From Acidimicrobiales bacterium (lineage in GTDB: Bacteria > Actinomycetota > Acidimicrobiia > Acidimicrobiales > Bog-793): a DNA stretch of 64,000 bases. The notes under the pieces were generated by a model, which was not told the DNA's origin, did no database searches, and saw only the letters and a list, made by a program, of their open reading frames with translations. The position numbers and the translations under genes were made by a program. The DNA lies in NCBI GenBank assembly GCA_052143575.1, contig JBKQSP010000116.1, forward strand, positions 205 to 64,204, given 5' to 3'. The stretch's first letter is position 1, and each line of letters opens with the position of its first letter. Below, one piece after another: positions 54,095 through 64,000 of this stretch.

Positions 54095-55515
54095 GCCTCG
54101 GCACCGCCGCCGCCGGCACGGAACCGCACCTCAGCTGGTTCCGTCGCCTCTACTACGGCCAGACGAAGTTCGACTTCGTCCGGCGGCGGCGCATCTGGTT
54201 CGCCGTCTCCGGCATCATCATCCTCGCCGGCGTCCTCTCACTGGCCACGCGGGGCCTCAACTACGACATCGAGTTCGTGGGCGGCACGTCGTGGACGGTC
54301 GCCAATACGACCGGCGTCTCGGTCACGCAGGCACAAGCCGCCGTCGGGGCCGCCGGTCTGGCGCACCCGATCGTCACGATCCTCGGCTCGGGCAATCACA
54401 CCCAGCTGCAGGTCGAGGCGAAACTCTCCAGCTCCGGCGCCAACGTGGGCACCGCCCTGCAGGCGAAGGTCACGAGCGCCCTGGCGGCCTTGACGCATAC
54501 CTCGGCGACGGGCGTCTCGGTGGAGGCGGTCGGCCCCACCTGGGGGAGCCAGGTGACGCACAAGGCCGTCGAGGCCCTCATCGTCTTCCTCGTCATGATC
54601 GCCGCCTACATCTCCATCTTCTTCGAGTGGAGGATGGCGCTGGCGGCCATCGTCGCCGTGGCGCACGACATCCTCGTGACCGTCGGCATCTACTCCTTGA
54701 CGTTCTTCCTGGTGACGCCGGACACCGTCGTCGCCTTCCTGACGATCCTCGGGTACTCGCTCTACGACACGATCGTCGTATTCGACCGTATACGGGACAA
54801 TACGAAGGGTTTGGGCGCCACCGGCAAGCTGAGCTTCACCGACGTCGTGAACCTCTCGATGAACCAGACGCTGGCCCGCTCCATCAACACCTCGCTCGTC
54901 GCCATCCTGCCGATCCTCGCCGTCCTCATCCTCGGGGCCGACATCCTCGGGGCGACGACCCTGCAGTACTTCGGCCTCGCCCTCCTCATCGGCCTCACGA
55001 GCGGGGCCTACTCCTCCATCTTCATCGCCTCGCCGCTCGTGGCCATGTTGAAGGAGTACGAGCCCCGTTATGCCGAGATCCGCCGGCGTCTCGATGCCCG
55101 CAACCAGGGCATTCAGCTCCTGACGCCCGCCATGGCCGCCTCCGGCTACCTGGAGGACCGTGACGACCGCGGCGTCTCGCGGCGCCAGAAGAAGGGACGC
55201 GCCGCCGTCCCGCAGGGCGGCCCCCTCCGCCCGGGCGCGGCAGGTCGCGCCGGCGTCGGAGCCGGCGCACGCACCGCCGTGCTCGAGGTGGCGGACGGTT
55301 ACGAGAGCGACGTCGACGGTCAGGGAGAGGCCGAGGCGCCGCCGGCAGCCAAGGCGGGCGGCGCTGCGAGTGCACAACGGTCGGCGGAGCGACCCAACGG
55401 CCAGCGGTCGAACGCCCAGCGATCGACGGGGGGCTCCCGGCAGCCGGGCCGCCCGTCCGCCTCCGGCCAGGGGACCCGCCCGGCCCCCCGCCCCCGCAAG
55501 AAGAAGCGGCGCTGA
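54091..55515 (+). CDS. secF: Protein translocase subunit SecF with basic low-complexity C-terminal tail
   Basis: ATGA overlap with secD. 'LNYDIEFVGGTSW', 'LGYSLYDTIVVFDRIRDN', 'NQTLARSINTSL'. The last 140 aa or so are Arg/Gly/Ala/Pro-rich and end in 'RPRKKKRR'. Confidence 0.95.
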   Translation: MSLGTAAAGTEPHLSWFRRLYYGQTKFDFVRRRRIWFAVSGIIILAGVLSLATRGLNYDIEFVGGTSWTVANTTGVSVTQAQAAVGAAGLAHPIVTILGSGNHTQLQVEAKLSSSGANVGTALQAKVTSALAALTHTSATGVSVEAVGPTWGSQVTHKAVEALIVFLVMIAAYISIFFEWRMALAAIVAVAHDILVTVGIYSLTFFLVTPDTVVAFLTILGYSLYDTIVVFDRIRDNTKGLGATGKLSFTDVVNLSMNQTLARSINTSLVAILPILAVLILGADILGATTLQYFGLALLIGLTSGAYSSIFIASPLVAMLKEYEPRYAEIRRRLDARNQGIQLLTPAMAASGYLEDRDDRGVSRRQKKGRAAVPQGGPLRPGAAGRAGVGAGARTAVLEVADGYESDVDGQGEAEAPPAAKAGGAASAQRSAERPNGQRSNAQRSTGGSRQPGRPSASGQGTRPAPRPRKKKRR

Positions 55516-55521
55516 CGCAGG

Positions 55522-55542
55522 GCCGCCTCCTCAGAAGGCGGC
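55522..55542 (+). terminator. Hairpin downstream of secF (candidate terminator)
   Basis: GCCGCCT-cctcaga-AGGCGGC begins 7 nt after the secF stop. There is no clear U-tract. Confidence 0.4.
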
Positions 55543-55571
55543 TCACGCACCCCCAGTAGGCTGGCCTCACG

Positions 55572-56795
55572 ATGATCGACATCCGCCTTGCCCGCGACGA
55601 ACCCGACGTTATGCGGCGCGCCCTTGCGCGCAAGGGTGCCGCCGAGCTCTTCGACGAGCTCCTCGCCGTGGACGACGCCTGGCGGTCGGTGACGGCAAGC
55701 GTCGACGAGCTGCGCGCCCGGACACGCCCGAAGGGGCGCCCGAGCCCGGAGGAGCTGGCGGCGCTGCAGAACCTCAAGGAAGACCTGCGGGCGGCCGAGG
55801 CACAGCTCGGCGAACTCGAGGTTGCCCGCGACGACCTGCTGAGGCGGATCCCCAACCCGCCCGCGGACGACATCCCCGACGGGAGCTCGGACGAGGACGC
55901 CGCCGAGGTGCGCCGGGTGGGGACGCCACCGGTCTTCGCCTTCGAGATGCGGGACCACGTCGAGCTCGGAGGTTTCGAGCTCGATCGCGGGGCTCGGTTG
56001 TCCGGGTCACGGTTCGCCTACCGACGCGGCGCTACGGCCCTGCTCGAGCTCGCGATGTACCGGTTCGCCCTCGATCGCGTCGTCGCCATGGGCTTCGAGG
56101 TGCTGCTGCCACCCGTGCTCGTGCGGGAGGACGCCATGTACGGCACGGGATTCCTCCCCACGGAGGAGGCGAACCTCTACCGGCTCGAGTCCGACGAGCT
56201 CTACCTGACGGGCACCTCCGAGGTGGCCCTCGCCGGCTTCCACCAGGGAGAGGTGCTGGAGGAGGCCGAGCTGCCGCGGCGCTACGCTGGGTACTCGACG
56301 TGCTTTCGCCGCGAGGCGGGGGCGGCCGGCCGCGACACGAGAGGCATCTTCCGGGTCCACCAGTTCGAAAAGGTCGAGATGTTCGCCTACACGACGCCGC
56401 AGCAGTCCGCCGCCGAGCACGAACGCATCCTCGCCGTGGAGGAGGAGCTCGTGTCCGACCTCGGGCTCGCCTACCGCGTGGTGTGCACGGCCGCCGGCGA
56501 CCTCGGCCCGTCCGCCGCCAAGAAGTACGACATCGAGGCATGGATCCCGAGCCAGGGGCGCTATCGCGAGATCACGTCCTGCTCGAACACGACCGACTAC
56601 CAGGCGCGGCGCCTCAACGTCCGCTACCGCGACGCCGAGCGGCGCCTGCACGTCGCCCACACCCTCAACGGCACGGCCATGACGGCCCGCTGGTTGATCG
56701 CCCTCATGGAGACATACCAGGAGGCCAACGGAGAGGTGGCCGTCCCCGAGATCCTCTGGCCATACGGGGCGCCTCAGCGCCTTCCGGCCGCCTGA
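55572..56795 (+). CDS. serS: Serine--tRNA ligase
   Basis: N-terminal coiled-coil arm. Class II motifs 'RYAGYSTCFRREAGAAGRDTRGIFRVHQFEKVE' and 'SCSNTTDYQARRL', 'HTLNGTA'. Confidence 0.95.
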   Translation: MIDIRLARDEPDVMRRALARKGAAELFDELLAVDDAWRSVTASVDELRARTRPKGRPSPEELAALQNLKEDLRAAEAQLGELEVARDDLLRRIPNPPADDIPDGSSDEDAAEVRRVGTPPVFAFEMRDHVELGGFELDRGARLSGSRFAYRRGATALLELAMYRFALDRVVAMGFEVLLPPVLVREDAMYGTGFLPTEEANLYRLESDELYLTGTSEVALAGFHQGEVLEEAELPRRYAGYSTCFRREAGAAGRDTRGIFRVHQFEKVEMFAYTTPQQSAAEHERILAVEEELVSDLGLAYRVVCTAAGDLGPSAAKKYDIEAWIPSQGRYREITSCSNTTDYQARRLNVRYRDAERRLHVAHTLNGTAMTARWLIALMETYQEANGEVAVPEILWPYGAPQRLPAA

Positions 56796-56837
56796 GCAGA
56801 GGCACTCCCGCTCGGCCGGCGAGGGGGCCGGAAGGGG

Positions 56838-58507
<1,670 letters not shown>

Positions 58508-58720
58508 TCAGCCTCCCTGCGCCGCCGTGAGCACCTCGATGTGGTCGCCCGCCGCCACCGGCGTCGACTCCCAGGTGCTGCGCGCCACGATGCCGCCGTT
58601 GAGGGCAACGGCGATGCCCCGCGTGCTCGGGGCGATGAAGGCGATCACGCCCGCGACCGTAGTGCCGGCCGGAACCTCCTGCGGCTCGCCGTTGACGACG
58701 AGCGTCACAACGTTGCTCAC
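58508..58720 (-). CDS. thiS: Sulfur carrier protein ThiS
   Basis: GTG 58720 overlaps the thiO stop (GTGA). 70 aa ending in 'GDHIEVLTAAQGG' (C-terminal Gly-Gly). Confidence 0.88.
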   Translation of the reverse strand: MSNVVTLVVNGEPQEVPAGTTVAGVIAFIAPSTRGIAVALNGGIVARSTWESTPVAAGDHIEVLTAAQGG

Positions 58721-59880
58721 GCCGCTGCGGGTGCCCGATGGAAGCGACGCGGGTCGAAGGCCGCCGCCCACGATGGCAGCTCCGGTGGGCTGCCCGATCG
58801 CCCGCCCTGCAGCAGACCGGCGACCAGCTCGGCCGTGGCCGGGACGAGGAGGATGCCGTTGCGGTAATGGCCGGCGGCGACAAGGAGGCCCTCGAGCGCC
58901 CCCGGACCGATCATCGGGGCGTTGTCGGGCGAACCCGGGCGCAGGCCGGCGGTCGCCTCCAGGAACTCGGCCTCGAGGAGCATCGGCAGCACGAGCTGGG
59001 CGTCACGGAGAAGGGAGTAGATGGCGCCGCCCGTGACGCGGCGGTCCGCGCCCATCTCCTCGACGGTGGCGCCGCAGACGATCTCGCCGTCGGGCCGCAC
59101 GACGACGTAGAGCGAGGTCCCTTGCGAGATGGCCCGCACGGTGTGGCGAGGCAGCGGCCAGCCCGCCGGCATGCGCAACCGCAGGATCTGGCCCTTCACG
59201 GGCCGCACCGGAGGCAGGGCCGCTTCCGGCAGGCCGGGCATGGCGGCGGACTGCCATCCGGCGGCGAGCAGCGTCTGGCCGGCGAGGAGGCTCTCGCCCC
59301 CCTCGCAGCGGGCGCCCGTGACGCGATCGCCCGCCGTCGTGACCGAAGCGACGGCGTCGGGCACGAGGCGCACGCCGACGAGGCGGCAGGCCTCGAGGAG
59401 CGCCCCGACGAGACGCCGGGGGTCGACCTGGTGGTCGCCGGGCACGAAGAGGCCCCCGCGGATCACCGTGGCGAGCAGCGGCTCGAGGCGGCGGCACTCC
59501 CCGGCGCCGAGCCACGTGCTGCCGAGGCCGAGCTCTTGCTGGAAGCGGTAGAGCTCCTGCAGGGCATCCCGGTCGCCGGTGTCGTAGGCCACGGCGAGGG
59601 TGCCGTCGCCCCGGTAGGCGAGATCGTGCCCGGTCACGCTCTCGAGCTCGTCCCGGAAACCCGGCCAAGCCTCCGCCGAACGCCGGTTCAGCGCCAGCAG
59701 GCTCTCCTCGCCGAAATGAGCCTCCGTCACCGCCGCCAGCATGCCGGCCGCCGCCCAGGAGGCGCCGTGGCCCGGCTCCGGATCGACGACTACCACCTCG
59801 GCCCCCTGCTGGCGGGCCCTCCAGGCCGAAGCGAGCCCGATGACGCCCCCGCCGACGACGACGAGATCGGGGCCACTCAC
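58717..59880 (-). CDS. thiO: Glycine oxidase ThiO (FAD-dependent)
   Basis: 'DLVVVGGGVIGLASAW' dinucleotide fold at the N-terminus. DAO-family length. Operon context thiO-thiS-thiG-thiD. Confidence 0.88.
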   Translation of the reverse strand: MSGPDLVVVGGGVIGLASAWRARQQGAEVVVVDPEPGHGASWAAAGMLAAVTEAHFGEESLLALNRRSAEAWPGFRDELESVTGHDLAYRGDGTLAVAYDTGDRDALQELYRFQQELGLGSTWLGAGECRRLEPLLATVIRGGLFVPGDHQVDPRRLVGALLEACRLVGVRLVPDAVASVTTAGDRVTGARCEGGESLLAGQTLLAAGWQSAAMPGLPEAALPPVRPVKGQILRLRMPAGWPLPRHTVRAISQGTSLYVVVRPDGEIVCGATVEEMGADRRVTGGAIYSLLRDAQLVLPMLLEAEFLEATAGLRPGSPDNAPMIGPGALEGLLVAAGHYRNGILLVPATAELVAGLLQGGRSGSPPELPSWAAAFDPRRFHRAPAAA

Positions 59881-60097
59881 GGCAGCAGCCTAGGATCGCA
59901 CGGCACCGGCCGTGGCGAGCAGGTGCCGCCGCTCCGGGTGGATTGCCCCGTCGGAGGCGGCTCGGGCGGCACGAGGGCGCAGCGAACTGCCCGTCGACGC
60001 GACGGCGTGTAACCTGTGCGGACCCAGCAGGGCCAAGGATGTCCCGGGTGAGAACGGGCCGGTTCAGTGACCGGCCGACCGACCGAGAAGGGACGCC

Positions 60098-63000
60098 GTG
60101 GCGCTGCAGAGCGAGCGGGCGGGCTTGTACGACCCCGCCAACGAGCATGATGCCTGTGGGATCGCCTTTGTCGCCGAGCTGCGGCGCGGGCCGAGCCACG
60201 AGGTCGTCCACCTCGGGCTCACGGCGCTCGAGAACCTGGCGCACCGGGGGGCCTTCGGCTCCGACGCCGAGACGGGCGACGGCGCCGGCATCCTCGTCCA
60301 GATGCCCGACGGCCTCTTCAGGGCCGTCGCCGGCGAGCTCGCCATCTCGCTGCCGCCGCTGGGCCAGTACGGCTCCGGGCTTGTGTTCCTGCCGACGACG
60401 CCCTCAGAGGCGGAGGCGGCCAAGGCTGCCGTGGAGCGCCTCGCCGAATCTGAGGGGCTCGCCGTCCTCGGCTGGCGGGACGTCCCCGTCCGCCTCGAGC
60501 TGGCCGGCCCGAGCGCCCGACAGGTGGCCCCTTGCTTCGCCCAGGTGTTCGTGGCGGCGGCGGCGACCTCGCCGGCACACGGCGTCCTCGAGCTGGAGCG
60601 CCGCCTCTTCGTGCTGCGCAAGCGGGCCGAGCATGCCCTCGAGGGCCTCTACTTCCCGTCGCTGTCGGCGCGGACCTTTGTCTACAAGGGGATGCTGGCG
60701 ACCGACCAGCTGAGGGGTTTCTTCCCGGATCTGCAGGACGAGCGCCTGCAGTCGGCCATCGCCCTCGTGCACTCGCGCTTCTCCACGAACACCTTCCCCG
60801 CCTGGCCGCTCGCCCACCCCTACCGACTCGTCGCCCACAACGGCGAGATCAACACGCTGCGGGGCAACCGCAACTGGATGCGCGCCCGTGAGGCGCTCCT
60901 CGCCAGCACGCTCATCGAGGGCGACCTCGCTCGCATCTACCCGGTCATCACGCCCGGGGCGAGCGACTCGGCCTCTTTCGACGAGGTGCTCGAGCTGCTG
61001 CACCTGAGTGGGCGGTCGCTCCCTCACGCCGTGCTCATGATGATCCCGGAGGCGTGGGAGAACCACCGGGAGCTCGACGAGGCACGGCGCGCCTTCTACG
61101 AGTACCACTCCTGCCTCATGGAGCCCTGGGACGGCCCGGCTGCGGTCGCCTTCAGCGACGGCAGCGTCGTCGGGGCCGTCCTCGACCGGAACGGCCTGCG
61201 GCCCGCCCGCTACTGGGTCACCGACGACGGCCTCGTCGTGCTCGCCTCCGAGGTGGGCGTGCTCGACATCGACCCCGCCAAGGTCGTCGAGCGCGGTCGG
61301 CTGAAGCCGGGGCGCATGTTCCTCGTCGACACGGTGGCCGGGCGCATCGTCGACGACGCCGAGGTGAAGTCGGCGCTCGCCGCCGAGCACCCGTACCGAG
61401 AGTGGCTCGACGGCGGCCTCGTGCAGATCAGCGACCTCCCCCCCCGCCGCATGCTGACGCCACAGCACGCCTCCATCGTCCGCCACCAACGCCTCTTCGG
61501 CCTCACGGCCGAGGACCTGCGCACGATCCTTGCCCCCATGGCGGTCGCCGGAGCGGAACCGATCGGGTCGATGGGGACCGACACGCCCATCGCCGTGCTC
61601 TCGGAGCGCCCCCGCCTCCTCTACGACTATTTCTCGCAGCTCTTCGCCCAGGTGACGAACCCGCCCCTGGACGCCATCCGGGAGGAGCTCGTCACCTCGC
61701 TGCACTCCACCCTCGGCCCGGAGGCAAACCTGCTCGAGGTGGGGCCGGCCAACTGCCACCAGATCGTGCTCGACCACCCGGTCCTCGACAACGACGAGCT
61801 CGCCAAGCTCCTCTACGTCGGCGAGGACGGCGGTGTGGACGGTTTCTCGGCCTTTGCTGTCGATGGCCTCTTCACGGTGGCCGACGGCGGCGCCGGCCTC
61901 GAGGCGGCCATCGCCAAGGTCTGCTCGCAGGTCTCGGAGGCCATCGCCCTCGGCGTCAACATCGTCGTGCTCTCCGACCGGCACGCCAGCGCCGAGCTCG
62001 CCCCCATCCCCTCCCTGCTCCTGACGGCGGCCGTGCACAACCACCTCGTGCGCGAGAAGACGCGCACGAGGGTGGGACTGCTCGTCGAAACGGGCGAGGC
62101 GCGCGAGGTTCACCACCTCGCCCTCCTCATCGGCTACGGGGCCGCCGCCGTGAACCCGTACCTCGCCTTCGACTCGATCGCCGAGATGGTGCGCGACGGC
62201 GTCATCGGCGGCCTCACCGAGCGCCAGGCGCTCCAGAACTACGTGAAGGCCGCCTCCAAGGGCGTCCTCAAGGTGATGTCGAAGATGGGCATCTCGACGA
62301 TCGCCTCCTACACGGGCGCCCAGGTCTTCGAGGCCGTCGGGCTCGCCGAGTCGTTCGTGGACCGCCATTTCACCGGGACGCCCTCCCGGCTCGGTGGCAT
62401 CGGCGCCGACGAGCTGGCCGCCGAGGTTGGGCGCCGCCACGAGGCCGCCTTCGGCGAGCGCGCCAGCGTGCCCGGCAACCTCGAGATCGACGTCGGCGGC
62501 GAGTACCAGTGGCGCCGCGGCGGCGAGTACCACCTCTTCAACCCGCGTACCGTCCACAAGCTGCAGCACGCCACGCGGGCGCGCCGCTACGACGTCTTCA
62601 AGGAGTACACGAGCCTCGTCGACTCGCAGTCCGAGCAGCTGGCGACGCTGCGCGGGCTGCTCCGGTTCCGCACGGGGAGCCGCCCGCCCGTGCCGATCGA
62701 GGACGTCGAGCCGGTGTCGTCGATCGTGCGGCGCTTTGCCACCGGGGCGATGTCCTACGGCTCCATCTCGGCTGAGGCGCACGAAACCCTCGCCGTCGCC
62801 ATGAACCGCATGGGTGCCCGCTCCAACACCGGCGAGGGGGGAGAGGATCCCGAGCGCTACGTGCCCGATCCGAACGGGGACTCGCGGCGGTCGGCCGTCA
62901 AGCAGGTTGCCTCCGGTCGTTTCGGCGTCACGAGCGAGTACCTCGTCAACGCCGACGACCTCCAGATCAAGATCGCCCAAGGCGCCAAGCCGGGCGAGGG

Positions 63001-64000
63001 CGGCCAGCTGCCCGGGCACAAGGTCTACCCCTGGATCGCCCGCACGCGTTACTCGACGCCCGGCGTCGGCCTCATCTCCCCGCCACCCCATCACGACATC
63101 TACTCGATCGAGGACATCGCCCAGCTCATCTACGACCTGAAGAACGCCAACCCGCTGGCCCGCATCCACGTGAAGCTCGTCTCCGAGGTGGGTGTCGGTA
63201 CGGTGGCGGCCGGCGTCGCCAAGGCGCACGCCGACGTCGTGCTCATCTCCGGCCACGACGGCGGCACGGGGGCGGCTCCCCTCACCTCCTTGAAGCACGC
63301 CGGCGTCCCCTGGGAGCTCGGCCTCGCCGAGACGCAGCAGACCCTTGTCCGCAACGGCCTGCGCGACCGCATCGTCGTGCAGGTGGACGGCCAGATCAAG
63401 ACGGGGCGCGACGTCGTCGTGGCGGCCCTGCTCGGCGCCGAGGAGTTCGGCTTCGCGACGGCACCCCTCGTCGTCTCGGGCTGCGTGATGATGCGCGTCT
63501 GCCACCTCGACACCTGCCCGGTGGGCATCGCCACCCAGAACCCCGAGCTGCGCAAGCGCTTCAGCGGGCGGCCCGAGTTCGTGGAGACGTTCTTCGAGTA
63601 CATCGCCACGGAGGTGCGCGAGCTGCTCGCCTCCCTCGGCTTTCGTTCCCTCGCCGACGCCGTCGGGCACGTCGAGTACCTCGAGACGACGGACGCCCTC
63701 GAGCACTACTGGAAGGCCCATCGCCTCGACCTGCGGCCGATCCTGCATGCCGGCACGGCGGCAGAGGGGGCGGGCTCCCGGCACTGCACGCGCCAGCAGG
63801 ACCACGGGCTCGAGAACGCCCTCGACCACCAGCTCATCGCCGCCAGCCGCCCCGCCCTCGAGGTGGCGCAGCCGGTGCGGGCCTCCTTCGAGGTGCGCAA
63901 CGTCCACCGCAGCGTCGGCACGATGCTCGGCTACGAGATCACACGGCGCCACGGCGGCGGCGGCCTGCCCGACGGCACCATCGACCTCACCCTCACCGGC
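60098..64000 (+). CDS. gltB: Glutamate synthase large subunit (5' 1301 codons; continues beyond the window)
   Basis: Open frame from GTG 60098 (in-frame TGA at 60068) to the window end, so it is absent from the ORF track. My translation: '[35 protein letters not shown]...' (Ntn amidotransferase Cys), '...[29 protein letters not shown]'. FMN-domain '[16 protein letters not shown]' at about 62960. Confidence 0.95.
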   Translation, partial: MALQSERAGLYDPANEHDACGIAFVAELRRGPSHEVVHLGLTALENLAHRGAFGSDAETGDGAGILVQMPDGLFRAVAGELAISLPPLGQYGSGLVFLPTTPSEAEAAKAAVERLAESEGLAVLGWRDVPVRLELAGPSARQVAPCFAQVFVAAAATSPAHGVLELERRLFVLRKRAEHALEGLYFPSLSARTFVYKGMLATDQLRGFFPDLQDERLQSAIALVHSRFSTNTFPAWPLAHPYRLVAHNGEINTLRGNRNWMRAREALLASTLIEGDLARIYPVITPGASDSASFDEVLELLHLSGRSLPHAVLMMIPEAWENHRELDEARRAFYEYHSCLMEPWDGPAAVAFSDGSVVGAVLDRNGLRPARYWVTDDGLVVLASEVGVLDIDPAKVVERGRLKPGRMFLVDTVAGRIVDDAEVKSALAAEHPYREWLDGGLVQISDLPPRRMLTPQHASIVRHQRLFGLTAEDLRTILAPMAVAGAEPIGSMGTDTPIAVLSERPRLLYDYFSQLFAQVTNPPLDAIREELVTSLHSTLGPEANLLEVGPANCHQIVLDHPVLDNDELAKLLYVGEDGGVDGFSAFAVDGLFTVADGGAGLEAAIAKVCSQVSEAIALGVNIVVLSDRHASAELAPIPSLLLTAAVHNHLVREKTRTRVGLLVETGEAREVHHLALLIGYGAAAVNPYLAFDSIAEMVRDGVIGGLTERQALQNYVKAASKGVLKVMSKMGISTIASYTGAQVFEAVGLAESFVDRHFTGTPSRLGGIGADELAAEVGRRHEAAFGERASVPGNLEIDVGGEYQWRRGGEYHLFNPRTVHKLQHATRARRYDVFKEYTSLVDSQSEQLATLRGLLRFRTGSRPPVPIEDVEPVSSIVRRFATGAMSYGSISAEAHETLAVAMNRMGARSNTGEGGEDPERYVPDPNGDSRRSAVKQVASGRFGVTSEYLVNADDLQIKIAQGAKPGEGGQLPGHKVYPWIARTRYSTPGVGLISPPPHHDIYSIEDIAQLIYDLKNANPLARIHVKLVSEVGVGTVAAGVAKAHADVVLISGHDGGTGAAPLTSLKHAGVPWELGLAETQQTLVRNGLRDRIVVQVDGQIKTGRDVVVAALLGAEEFGFATAPLVVSGCVMMRVCHLDTCPVGIATQNPELRKRFSGRPEFVETFFEYIATEVRELLASLGFRSLADAVGHVEYLETTDALEHYWKAHRLDLRPILHAGTAAEGAGSRHCTRQQDHGLENALDHQLIAASRPALEVAQPVRASFEVRNVHRSVGTMLGYEITRRHGGGGLPDGTIDLTLTG

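Noticed and set aside
60404-63952. An 1182-aa ORF on the minus strand, antisense to gltB.
   Set aside because: It is fully contained in and antisense to a gene with unmistakable GltB motifs. Its translation is Arg/Gly/Ala/Asp/Val-rich with no motif. This is the typical stop-codon-poor antisense frame of a high-GC genome.

Overview
This is a very GC-rich chromosomal segment; third codon positions are almost uniformly G/C. It looks like an Actinomycetota-type genome. About 60 protein-coding genes are tightly packed, and many overlap their neighbour by 1-4 nt (ATGA/GTGA/TGATG junctions). I recognised no rRNA, tRNA, CRISPR array, transposase, integrase or phage gene.

Gene content by region:
- 0.1-4.7 kb: three exported proteins. 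These are an S53-PKD peptidase, a TolB-like lipoprotein and a seven-fold Cys-pair repeat protein.
- 4.8-9.3 kb: a MarR regulator coupled to a single-chain (TMD-NBD)x2 ABC exporter.
- 9.4-33.7 kb: mixed transport, redox and small-molecule genes. They include YihY, SulP-STAS, a class-III aminotransferase, DMT, Gfo/Idh/MocA, VOC proteins, ArsR-CDF, an RlmD-like methyltransferase, two MFS transporters, GNAT, a PIG-L deacetylase, DUF4395, rsgA, an ECF sigma/anti-sigma pair, npdG and mshC.
- 33.7-55.5 kb: the conserved actinobacterial block thrS-HIT-pgsA1-patA-pimA ... pdxS-pdxT-yebC-ruvCAB-yajC-secDF. To my recollection the order matches the M. tuberculosis Rv2614c to Rv2586c region.
- 55.6-64 kb: serS, thiO-thiS-thiG-thiD on the minus strand, and the 5' 3.9 kb of gltB, which runs off the window.

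Lineage markers are mshC (mycothiol), phosphatidylinositol-mannoside genes and an F420:NADPH oxidoreductase.

I found no convincing new multi-gene system, and the window is mostly housekeeping. The items most worth a second look are:
1. Three small insertions that interrupt the conserved block: an EF-G2 paralog plus an unknown protein; a Tat-exported Gly/Ala/Thr-rich repeat protein plus a 109-aa unknown plus HD-GYP; and an orphan Clp-N protein plus an HTH protein carrying a 15-bp tandem repeat.
2. The Cys-pair repeat exported protein.
3. A structured 246-bp intergenic region with a strongly SD-preceded 20-codon mini-ORF upstream of rsgA.
4. The fused ABC exporter with one degenerate ATP site.
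5. Oppositely charged low-complexity tails on YajC and SecF.
6. The apparent lack of a canonical THI-box upstream of thiOSGD.

All product calls come from motif and family recognition by eye, with no database search. Start codons are often uncertain; stop codons are firm.
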